From positions 1-55,532 of IMG/VR virus record IMGVR_UViG_3300045738_001117: a stretch of 55,532 bases of DNA, one strand, 5' to 3'. This document shows, in pieces, positions 6,842 to 15,481 of the stretch. The notes under the pieces were generated by a model. It searched no databases and was not told the origin of the DNA. It saw only the letters and a list, made by a program, of their open reading frames with translations. Both the position numbers and the translations under genes were made by a program. This DNA is from a virus (taxonomy: Duplodnaviria; Caudoviricetes). Position 1 is the stretch's first letter; every line of letters begins with the position of its first letter.

Positions 6842-7619
6842 TAAAAAATTTAATATATTTGATATTATGGAAGAAGCAGCAGCTGGAATAGGCATTGATT
6901 TTTCTAACGTTGGTGAAAATATAGCTGGTATTTCTGTTGAACAGATTAGCAAACTTCCTTTAGAACAAAGGAAAATAGTTGTTTCAAAATTAGGTGAGAA
7001 GGCACCAGAATGGATGCTTAAAAAGCTTTTTGGTGAGAACTGGCTTGGGGCTAAGTTAATGGCTCGTTATATAGGTGGAAGTGGAGAAGATTATCATCTT
7101 GATATTTCAAAAAAAGATTGGAATAAATTAACAAATCTTGCAAAGACTCAAGCAAATAGAGTTGGAGGATGGACTCCAAGCACCAATCCTGACTTCCCAT
7201 CGGAAAAGGGATGGGAATATGTGAGCAATGTCCAAAGTACTCGCCTTGCTAGCCGTTCATGGGACATTGAATATGATGTCTCTATTCCAAGCGCGAGCAG
7301 AGACCTGTATAATGCATTAGGAGAAACTACAATACGAAGAAGGCCTGTTGGTAAAGGTAAATATGAGTACCAGATAGCAGGTGAGACTTTTGATTTTGTA
7401 GAGGGGAAGGAAGGTAAGGGGGGACAAAGATATGGCGCATTTTCTTCGAGAACCGTTTCCCCCAAAGGTGCTAAAATTATAAACACTTTGTTTCCTGAGT
7501 ATACTTATGCTTCACAAGAATTTCTTGGAGATAAGAGCAAAGCGGAAATTTGGAGCGAACAAAATATGGTAGAGTTCGGAACTCCATTTAAAGTTAAATC
7601 AAGATATATTGGTAAATGA
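6831..7619 (+). CDS. Hypothetical protein (262 aa)
   Basis: Long ORF, ATGA-coupled to TerL. Confidence 0.8.
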   Translation: MANNKKFNIFDIMEEAAAGIGIDFSNVGENIAGISVEQISKLPLEQRKIVVSKLGEKAPEWMLKKLFGENWLGAKLMARYIGGSGEDYHLDISKKDWNKLTNLAKTQANRVGGWTPSTNPDFPSEKGWEYVSNVQSTRLASRSWDIEYDVSIPSASRDLYNALGETTIRRRPVGKGKYEYQIAGETFDFVEGKEGKGGQRYGAFSSRTVSPKGAKIINTLFPEYTYASQEFLGDKSKAEIWSEQNMVEFGTPFKVKSRYIGK

Positions 7620-9181
7620 ATATAAATAAAGAGAATATATCTGAAGCTGAAGAAGCCCTAGAGATAGCGAGTAAAGACTTAATAGCGTTTGGCAAGTTAT
7701 TTCTCAAAGAAGATTTTATGCGCAGTGAGACACCATTCTTCCATTATGAAGTTGCAGATGCTATTGATGATAAGGAAATTAAGCAGCTAGCAGTTATTAT
7801 TCCAAGAGGCCATGGCAAAACTGTACTGACAAAAGCCTCGATTCTAAAAGATTTCTTATTTTGTCCTTCTGATGATTTCTTTTTCTATGCGTGGGTGTCA
7901 GCAACACAGAAACTGAGTGTTGGTAATATGGACTATATTAAACACCATATAGATTATAATGACAGAATTAAATACTTCTTTGGAGATATGAGAGGTAGAA
8001 AATGGACAGAAGAAGATGTAGAATTAAGGAATGGTTGCAAGCTTATAAGTAAGTCAAATGTTGCTGGTATTCGTGGTGGAGCAAAACTGCACAAGAGATA
8101 CGACTTGATAGTACTAGACGACTTTGAGCATGAAGCAAATACAATAACTAAAGATGCGAGGGAAAAAAATGCGAATCTTGTCACTGCTGTTGTTTATCCT
8201 GCTCTCGAGCCTCATACTGGTAGGCTTCGTGTTAATGGTACTCCTGTTCATTATGACAGCTTTATCAACAATCTTCTCACATCACATGCTAAGGCTGTTG
8301 ATGCTGGGGAAGAGTTTGCTTGGGAAGTTATCACCTACAAAGCAATAAAAGATAGCGGTGAAGTGTTGTGGCCGTCTTTCTTTGATAGAAAGAAGCTTGA
8401 AGAGAAGAAAAGGTTTTATAGAGACTCAGGGCAGTCTCAGAAGTTCTACCAAGAATACATGATGGAGGTGCAGAGTGAAGAAGACTCTGTATGGCGTAGG
8501 GACCATATTAAGTATTGGGATGGATATTATTCATATGAAGAAGGTGTAAATTATCTTATGATTGACGGTGAGAAGAAGCCTGTCAATATTTTCATAGGTT
8601 GCGACCCTGCCACTGATATTGATACTAAATATTCTGATTTTAGTGTGATCATGGTAATTGCAGTTGACTCAGATAATAACTGTTATGTTGTAGAATATGA
8701 GAGACATAGGTCAATTCCGACAATAGGTTCTAAAAACTTTAAAGGCGAACTACTTGGAAAGAAAGGAGTTGTAGACTATATCATAGAACTGTATCAGAAG
8801 TATCATTGCACCAGCGCAACAGTAGAAGATGTAGCTATGAATAGGTCTATTTTCCAAGCATTGAACGATGAAAGAAGACGGCTGAATAAGTTTGATGTAT
8901 CAGTTATTCCTCAAAAACCTGGTGGAAGTAATAAGAGAAATCGTATTTATAGTGGCTTATCAGGTAGATTTAGCATGGGAACGGTACATATTCGTAAAAA
9001 CCATTTTGATTTAGAGCACGAAGTTGTTACATTTGGGCCGAAAATGGCTCACGACGATACCATTGAGACGCTTTATTATGCCTGTCTGCACGCTTTTCCG
9101 CCTAATTTTATTAAAGATGCTGATAAAGGTGAATGGACTAAGGTAAAAAAGAGAAGAGCAAAAAACTGGATAATAGCGTGA
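7616..9181 (+). CDS. terL: Terminase large subunit
   Basis: Walker A PRGHGKT, Walker B LIVLDD, QEY, nuclease GCDPA...HDD. Confidence 0.95.
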   Translation: MNINKENISEAEEALEIASKDLIAFGKLFLKEDFMRSETPFFHYEVADAIDDKEIKQLAVIIPRGHGKTVLTKASILKDFLFCPSDDFFFYAWVSATQKLSVGNMDYIKHHIDYNDRIKYFFGDMRGRKWTEEDVELRNGCKLISKSNVAGIRGGAKLHKRYDLIVLDDFEHEANTITKDAREKNANLVTAVVYPALEPHTGRLRVNGTPVHYDSFINNLLTSHAKAVDAGEEFAWEVITYKAIKDSGEVLWPSFFDRKKLEEKKRFYRDSGQSQKFYQEYMMEVQSEEDSVWRRDHIKYWDGYYSYEEGVNYLMIDGEKKPVNIFIGCDPATDIDTKYSDFSVIMVIAVDSDNNCYVVEYERHRSIPTIGSKNFKGELLGKKGVVDYIIELYQKYHCTSATVEDVAMNRSIFQALNDERRRLNKFDVSVIPQKPGGSNKRNRIYSGLSGRFSMGTVHIRKNHFDLEHEVVTFGPKMAHDDTIETLYYACLHAFPPNFIKDADKGEWTKVKKRRAKNWIIA

Positions 9182-9561
9182 TGCCTAGATTTGGCCGAAG
9201 ATCAAGAGAAAAATTAAAAGGAGTCAATACTAAACTTGTTAATGTTGCTAATGAGCTTATTAAGATTATGGACATTACAGTGATTGAGGGATTAAGGTCT
9301 AAAGAGAGGCAAGAAGGTTTAATTGCTCAGGGAAAAAGTAAAACAAGGTTTAGCAAACATATAGAAGGGAAAGCAATTGATATAGCTCCTTATCCAATAG
9401 ATTGGAATGATAGAGAGCGATTTCACTATATGGGAGGAATGGCTAGAGGAATTGGGCATGTTCTTGGTATCGATATACGATGGGGCGGAGATTGGGATTC
9501 CGACGGAGAGATTAAAGATAATTCGTTTGATGATCTTGTTCATATAGAATTAAAGGAATAA
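9181..9561 (+). CDS. Peptidase M15 (L-Ala-D-Glu-type) endolysin
   Basis: EGLRS, SKHIEGKAID, RWGGDWD, DLVHIEL. Confidence 0.92.
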   Translation: MPRFGRRSREKLKGVNTKLVNVANELIKIMDITVIEGLRSKERQEGLIAQGKSKTRFSKHIEGKAIDIAPYPIDWNDRERFHYMGGMARGIGHVLGIDIRWGGDWDSDGEIKDNSFDDLVHIELKE

Positions 9562-9562
9562 A

Positions 9563-9754
9563 ATGGCAAATAAAGATAACTTTGAAAAATTAACGGTTAA
9601 CAATGCACGCCTCTCAAGTAGGGGATTATATAATCCATTTCTTAAAATGGGTGGAAAAGGTTCTAATGGCAGCGTGTGGAAAGATATGGTGCGTGGATTT
9701 AAAACACCAATAAAGAAGGATGTAAATTTAAAATTCCTAAAGAAACTTCCGTAA
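9563..9754 (+). CDS. Small basic hypothetical protein
   Basis: AAGGA SD; TAATG coupling to portal. Confidence 0.65.
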   Translation: MANKDNFEKLTVNNARLSSRGLYNPFLKMGGKGSNGSVWKDMVRGFKTPIKKDVNLKFLKKLP

Positions 9755-11988
9755 TGGCTAGAAGAAACAATAAAATTAAAGTAGATGAAATAAAACAGGC
9801 TTGGGATAGGGCTTACCAAGGCGAGCGCCGAAGGTGGCAGAATGACCAGCAGCAAGGATATGATTTTTCTGTTGGAGACCAGTTAACAAAAGATGAGATA
9901 TCTAGTCTTGAAGAAGCTGGCATGCCTACATTTACAATTAATAGAATTACTCCAGTTATTAGAATGATTAAGTATTTTGTTACTTCTAATAATCCTAGAT
10001 GGCAGGCTGTTGGGGTTGAAGGCTCTGATATAGATATTGCTGCAGTACATTCTGATCTTGCCGCATATTGCTGGGACCTTTCAGATGGCAAGTCTATTAT
10101 GTCTCAGGTAGTAGATGATGCATTAAGAAAGAGTGTTGGTTATTTTCATGTAGATATAGACCCTGACGCTGATAGAGGAATGGGAGAAGTTATATTTAAG
10201 AGTATTGATCCGTTTGATGTTTATGTTGATCCGATGAGTAGGGATTTCTTATTCAGGGACGCAGCTTATATTATGATTAAGAAAGACCTTCCAAGGGGAT
10301 ATTTACTAAAAATGTTTCCAGACAGCGCAAGGAAAATAAAGTCTGCTAGCGGTTCCCCAAATGTACAGTCTTTTTCACAGAGGGATATTGATGACTCAAG
10401 CATTATACAGCATTCTGATCTCTCTGGGGTTGCATATACATCTAAAGGCGAAGAAGACGATGTTCTTGATTACTATGAGATGTATTCAAGAGAAAGGATT
10501 CCATTCTATAACTTGTTTATACACGATGAAATGGGACCTCAAGAACTGGAGGCTATGAGAGAAGAAGTTCTAAAGCTAACAGATAATATGAGGAGTGAAG
10601 TTGCTGTCTCATTGGAAGAACAGAAGTTATCTATTAACACGGCACTTAATAATGGTGAAATTATTGAGTCAAGGGCTCAACTGGAAATAAAAAAAGTAGA
10701 GCAAGAATCTGAAGAAATCATTAAACAACAATCTGAAGCTATTGCTGCCGAAGTTAAAGAAAGGATGATGCAAATTTCTAATAAGATTGTAAGCGAAGTA
10801 GAATATAAAGTCTTAATAGAGTCATCAGAAATAAGAAAGAGAATAGTTGAGGCTGTTAGGTTCTATGATACAAGAATTTTGGTTAAGATAGTGGCTGGTG
10901 ACAAACTTTTAGTTGAGACATTTTTACCTAATTCACATTATCCTATTGTTCCAGTGCCTTATATGCACACTGGTACTCCATACCCAATAAGCGCTGTAAC
11001 CCCACTTATCGGCAAACAACAGGAAATTAATAAAGCTCATCAGATCATGATTCACAATGCTAACTTAGGTTCTAATCTTAGATGGCTATATGAAGAAGGT
11101 TCAATACCAGAGGAAGAATGGGAAAAGTATTCATCTTCTCCTGGGGCTCTTTTGAAGGTAAGGCAGGGTTTTCAGATGCCACAACCTGCTGTTCCTTTAC
11201 CTCTTAACCAGGCCTTTGCGTCAATAACTGAAAGCGGCAAACTTGATATTGAGTACTTATCTGGTGTTCCTAGGTTCCTACAGGGCGATGTAGATTCCAA
11301 ACAAGAAACATATAGAGGAATGCTTGCAATGGATGAGTACGGCACCAGGACCATTAAAGAATGGATAAATACAGTTTTAGACCCAGCATTAGGGCATCTA
11401 GGAAGAGTATTTAAAGAAACAGCGCAATCCCATTATACCGCATCTAAAGTATTTAGAGTTGTTCAGCCTGGAGCTGGGCATGAGTACACAGAGAGTGAAG
11501 TTGAAATTAATAAACTTATATATGATGATTATGGAAAATCAACTGGGAAGTTTCATGATTATGCTTCGGCTAGATTTGATGTAAGAGAAATTGGTGGTTC
11601 TACATCCCCAGTTAACAGGTGGGCACTACTTGATGAATACTTCAGATGGTTCCAAGCTGGGGTTATTGATGATATAGCATTCTTACAGGAGACTGACGTG
11701 AGAAACAAAGAAAAGATTATTGAGAGAAAGAGTGTTTATGCTCAAATGAATCAGCAGATTGCACAACTTGAAGAAGGACTAAAAGACAGAGACGGAACTA
11801 TTGAAACACTATCAAGACAAGTGGTGCAGTCTGGTATAAAGGACAGTATAAGAACTGCTGGGGCAGGTATTAGAGAAGAAACTTTAAAGAGCGAAGCTGA
11901 GCAAAAATATTTACGCAAAAGGATGCAAGTTGAAGGGGAGCGTATTAGAAATGAAATGAAACTTGAACAAAAAAAACAGGCACAATAA
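9754..11988 (+). CDS. Portal protein (P22/N4-like, with helical insertion)
   Basis: GDQL...P.FTINRI, DPFDVYVDP, YPIVP, QQEINK patterns; position after TerL. Confidence 0.9.
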   Translation: MARRNNKIKVDEIKQAWDRAYQGERRRWQNDQQQGYDFSVGDQLTKDEISSLEEAGMPTFTINRITPVIRMIKYFVTSNNPRWQAVGVEGSDIDIAAVHSDLAAYCWDLSDGKSIMSQVVDDALRKSVGYFHVDIDPDADRGMGEVIFKSIDPFDVYVDPMSRDFLFRDAAYIMIKKDLPRGYLLKMFPDSARKIKSASGSPNVQSFSQRDIDDSSIIQHSDLSGVAYTSKGEEDDVLDYYEMYSRERIPFYNLFIHDEMGPQELEAMREEVLKLTDNMRSEVAVSLEEQKLSINTALNNGEIIESRAQLEIKKVEQESEEIIKQQSEAIAAEVKERMMQISNKIVSEVEYKVLIESSEIRKRIVEAVRFYDTRILVKIVAGDKLLVETFLPNSHYPIVPVPYMHTGTPYPISAVTPLIGKQQEINKAHQIMIHNANLGSNLRWLYEEGSIPEEEWEKYSSSPGALLKVRQGFQMPQPAVPLPLNQAFASITESGKLDIEYLSGVPRFLQGDVDSKQETYRGMLAMDEYGTRTIKEWINTVLDPALGHLGRVFKETAQSHYTASKVFRVVQPGAGHEYTESEVEINKLIYDDYGKSTGKFHDYASARFDVREIGGSTSPVNRWALLDEYFRWFQAGVIDDIAFLQETDVRNKEKIIERKSVYAQMNQQIAQLEEGLKDRDGTIETLSRQVVQSGIKDSIRTAGAGIREETLKSEAEQKYLRKRMQVEGERIRNEMKLEQKKQAQ

Positions 11989-11992
11989 CAGC

Positions 11993-12022
11993 TTGACAGT
12001 TATGCTAAGTGCACTGTAGATT
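11993..12022 (+). promoter_or_regulatory. Sigma70-type promoter for scaffold/capsid genes
   Basis: TTGACA-18 nt-TAGATT in the gap before the AAAGGAGG SD. Confidence 0.6.
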
Positions 12023-12049
12023 ACGAACTGAGAAAAAGGAGGAAATAAA

Positions 12050-12931
12050 ATGGCTAAAAAATCAGATAACTTGTCAGCAGATATTATTGTAGACAACCCT
12101 GATGAAGCAGTTGATCCTAATAATAGTTATGATGAAGCTGATGGTGAGGACTTTTTTAGGAGTCTTGACGCATCTGTTAACAGCATGACACTCGAAGGTG
12201 GCGATGAGAGGCCACCAGCAGACCCAGAAGAAGGCTTAACTTCCATAAAAAGAGTGGAATCTGCCGATGAATCTGGCGAAGCTGAAACGCTCAAAAAGAG
12301 GTACAGTGATTCAAGTAGAGAAGCAAAACGCCTTAACAAGCAATTGCAAAATGTTGAGCCTTACCTTCCTATTTTAGACGCATTAAAGAATGACCCTAAC
12401 TTGCGTACTCATGTACGTGAGTATTACGAGAGCGGAAAAGACTCGCAAGCTAGCATCAAAGAGAAACTTAATCTTAGCGAGGATTTTGTGTTTGATGGTG
12501 ATGAGGCAGTATCTAACCCCACATCTGAATCAGCCAAAGTTCTGGAGGCTGCTATTGATTCTCGAGTTCAAGGTGTTCTTGGCAATTATGCAAAAGAACA
12601 ACAACAAGAGAGTCAGCAAGCGGCTAATGAGAACAGCTTTAGAACAAAGCACGAAATGGGTGAAGATGAGTGGGAAGGTTATATGGATTATGCCCGTTCT
12701 CATAAGTTGACATATGACGATATTCTGTACCTAAAAAATAGGGAGCGGCGCGATAATAATATCGCAAAGCAAGAAAGAAGTGAAATGTTCAACCAAATGA
12801 AAAATGCCCGCAGTCGACCAACTAGTGTTAGTACTACTAGGGGTCAGCAGGCAGAAGATTCTCCTGACGATGCAGTCTTTAACGCTATTAAAGGTATAGA
12901 TAGTAAATTAGAAGAAGCATTTAGCAGCTAG
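12050..12931 (+). CDS. Capsid scaffolding protein
   Basis: Acidic N-terminus, KKRYSDSSREAKRL coiled coil, between portal and MCP. Confidence 0.8.
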   Translation: MAKKSDNLSADIIVDNPDEAVDPNNSYDEADGEDFFRSLDASVNSMTLEGGDERPPADPEEGLTSIKRVESADESGEAETLKKRYSDSSREAKRLNKQLQNVEPYLPILDALKNDPNLRTHVREYYESGKDSQASIKEKLNLSEDFVFDGDEAVSNPTSESAKVLEAAIDSRVQGVLGNYAKEQQQESQQAANENSFRTKHEMGEDEWEGYMDYARSHKLTYDDILYLKNRERRDNNIAKQERSEMFNQMKNARSRPTSVSTTRGQQAEDSPDDAVFNAIKGIDSKLEEAFSS

Positions 12932-12963
12932 CGTAAGTGCTCTTAAAATAAGGAGAAGATAAA

Positions 12964-14523
12964 ATGGCTGATTTATTTAGCCTGGAGTCGACTGCTGATA
13001 TTTCTGCTGGAGGTTCTACTGGTTCTGCAAGGTATGGACAAGACCTTGATACTGGTGTTCTTCGCAGAAAATATAATTTTGGAGATAGAGTTTCAGAGTT
13101 AAATATAGCTCAAGACCCTTTCTTTAGGCTTGTATCTAAAATAGCTAAGAGCCCAACAGACGACCCAGAGTTTAAATTCACAGAAAGACGCCCGTCATTT
13201 CACAAGAGATATGTGTATGTTGTAGATTGGAAATCTACTTCATTTTCTGCTGGCGATTGCAGTTCTGCTGCTCAACAAAATGCTAATGCAACTGTTACTA
13301 GCACTTTAATTGATGGAACTGGAGATGTTCTTTATGTTCAGGTGGCTACAGATTATAAAGCATCTGGTAATATAAGTAATATCTCTGGTCAGAGTAGTGG
13401 CGCATTTAAAGTCGGTGCTTCTGGGACAACACCTGGTTTTCTTTTAGAAAATCAGTTGCTTAAAATCAACTTTCATAGCAATGCTGCAGCTGCTACAGCT
13501 GCTCTTGCATTTGTAGTTGAAGATTATATCATAGCAAGAGTAATGGAAGTTGTAGAAACTAGTACTACTGTTGCTGGTGTTGTTTTAAAACTGGAAGTTG
13601 TAAGACCTCTTTCCTCTTCATCCAATAACGAACTTTCTGGATGGGGTGGTGGAGCCGTAGCTGAAAAACCTGCTAGTGTGTATGATACTTACAATAAGGA
13701 AATCTCATCACAGTTGGAACCAGCCCGTGCATATGTTGTTGGCACTGCTCATGGTCAAGGAACTGGTTATCCTGAAACATGGAAAGACCAGCCTTTCTCA
13801 ACTGGTTATGGGCGTACACAAATTTGGAAAACTGCTATGGCAATGGATAACACAACTCGTGCTACCGTGCTAAAGTACGAACCAAATGAGTGGGCTCGTG
13901 TTTGGCGTGAAAAGTTAGTGGAACATAAATGGGATATTGAGCAATCAATAACTTTTGGTGCTCAGTACAAAGCAAGTTCAGAGTGGTATACTCAAGGTGC
14001 TGTTGATTTCATTTTAAGTTATGGTAATGTGTTCGCTTTAACGATAGCGAGTAAAACACAAGATGATTTCTTAGATGATATGTCAAAGTTCTTGGACCCA
14101 CGATACAATAATGCAAATGCAACATTGTTTTTTGTGGACACTGCTACTTACAACTGGTTGCATAAGTTAAGTGGATATTTCTCAAATAATCTTGAAATAT
14201 CACCTAACTTCCGTGCTGACATGGCTTTGACTGGCAAAAAGAAGGTCTTCGGTGTTGATATTACTACAATTAGTACACCTTACGGTGATATGAATATTTC
14301 TCGTAATATACACCTTGATGGTTCTTCAATTAAAATACTTGCTATTAACATGAAACATTGCAAATATCGACCATTGGTTGGTAATGGATTGAATCGTGAT
14401 ACAGCAATATATGTTGGAGTTCAGACCTTAGAGAATAGTGGTGTTGACCGTAGGGTTGACTTAATCCAAACCGAAGCTGGGATGGAATGGCAAATGCCTG
14501 AATCTCACGCTTACTGGGCATAA
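12964..14523 (+). CDS. Major capsid protein (HK97 fold, DUF5309/SU10-like, with large insertion)
   Basis: DPFF, FKFTE, TQIWK, EHKWDIEQ, GVDITTISTPYG, EAGMEW...H; strong SD; synteny. Confidence 0.88.
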   Translation: MADLFSLESTADISAGGSTGSARYGQDLDTGVLRRKYNFGDRVSELNIAQDPFFRLVSKIAKSPTDDPEFKFTERRPSFHKRYVYVVDWKSTSFSAGDCSSAAQQNANATVTSTLIDGTGDVLYVQVATDYKASGNISNISGQSSGAFKVGASGTTPGFLLENQLLKINFHSNAAAATAALAFVVEDYIIARVMEVVETSTTVAGVVLKLEVVRPLSSSSNNELSGWGGGAVAEKPASVYDTYNKEISSQLEPARAYVVGTAHGQGTGYPETWKDQPFSTGYGRTQIWKTAMAMDNTTRATVLKYEPNEWARVWREKLVEHKWDIEQSITFGAQYKASSEWYTQGAVDFILSYGNVFALTIASKTQDDFLDDMSKFLDPRYNNANATLFFVDTATYNWLHKLSGYFSNNLEISPNFRADMALTGKKKVFGVDITTISTPYGDMNISRNIHLDGSSIKILAINMKHCKYRPLVGNGLNRDTAIYVGVQTLENSGVDRRVDLIQTEAGMEWQMPESHAYWA

Positions 14524-14535
14524 AGGGGGTATCTA

Positions 14536-14973
14536 ATGAGAAATCCTTTATATGGACAGAATAAATACGATGATAACGTTGGTTCAGTAATAAATCCAGG
14601 AGCCCCATCGACTGATGTAGGTACAGGTTCTCAGACACTAACTATATACGAGTTATTGTCTCAAGTTATAGAAGAAGACCCTGCAGGTGCAGCGACTTGG
14701 ACTCTTCCAACAGCTGCTTTAGCGGCTGGTGGAATAAGTGGCGTACAGGTAGGAGATTGTATTGATTTCTACATCATAAATAATGCTACAACTGGAGCTG
14801 ATGAAATAGTTACCATTGCTGTTGGTTCTGGTGGAACTGCTGTTGGCAATATGTTAGTTGCTGCTCCCAATGTGACTGAAGATCAGGAAAATGCTGGAAG
14901 TGCACATTTTAGAATTAGATTTACCAATGTCACTTCTAGTTCTGAAGCATATAGTGTTTACAGACTGGCATAA
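14536..14973 (+). CDS. Putative capsid decoration protein
   Basis: TWTLPTA beta-rich protein directly after MCP. Confidence 0.6.
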   Translation: MRNPLYGQNKYDDNVGSVINPGAPSTDVGTGSQTLTIYELLSQVIEEDPAGAATWTLPTAALAAGGISGVQVGDCIDFYIINNATTGADEIVTIAVGSGGTAVGNMLVAAPNVTEDQENAGSAHFRIRFTNVTSSSEAYSVYRLA

Positions 14974-14984
14974 GGAGGTAACTA

Positions 14985-15407
14985 ATGGCTGATGGTAGTG
15001 GAACTAATCAAAAAGCAAGAGCTAGTTATCAATCAGATGCGTATATCTTTACTATGGATAGTTCATCCGCTTCATCGCATATTTTAGGTATGCATGATAG
15101 TGGTAAGACTTATTTCATAGAAAGCACTGTGGCTAGAACAATTACTTTACCTGCTGTTAAAGCTGGTTTAAAGTTTAAGTTCATAATGAGTGACACTACA
15201 GCCGATAGTTCAATCGCAACTAGTGAAGGAACTGCATTGATTTATGGTGGCGCAGAATGTGGGGATGCTTATCTTACCCTTGCTGGCACTACTATTGTAT
15301 GTGAATTAGCAGGATCAGTAGGAGATTGGCTTGAATTAGTTTGTGATGGTACTTATTGGTATCTTAGTGGGCATGGAGCTCATGATGCTAGTTTTTCAGT
15401 ATCATAA
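14985..15407 (+). CDS. Putative capsid decoration protein 2
   Basis: DSGKTYF...TITLPAVKAGLKFKFI...GDWLELVCDGTYWY. Confidence 0.6.
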   Translation: MADGSGTNQKARASYQSDAYIFTMDSSSASSHILGMHDSGKTYFIESTVARTITLPAVKAGLKFKFIMSDTTADSSIATSEGTALIYGGAECGDAYLTLAGTTIVCELAGSVGDWLELVCDGTYWYLSGHGAHDASFSVS

Positions 15408-15446
15408 TCCTAAAATCGTGAGGTAATAGCACGATATACGGATTTT

Positions 15447-15479
15447 AAATATAGGGAGGCTCGATACTTCCCTATATTT
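15447..15479 (+). terminator. 13-bp hairpin (terminator/attenuator) ending the capsid cluster
   Basis: AAAUAUAGGGAGG-7 nt-CUUCCCUAUAUUU. Confidence 0.65.
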
Positions 15480-15481
15480 CT

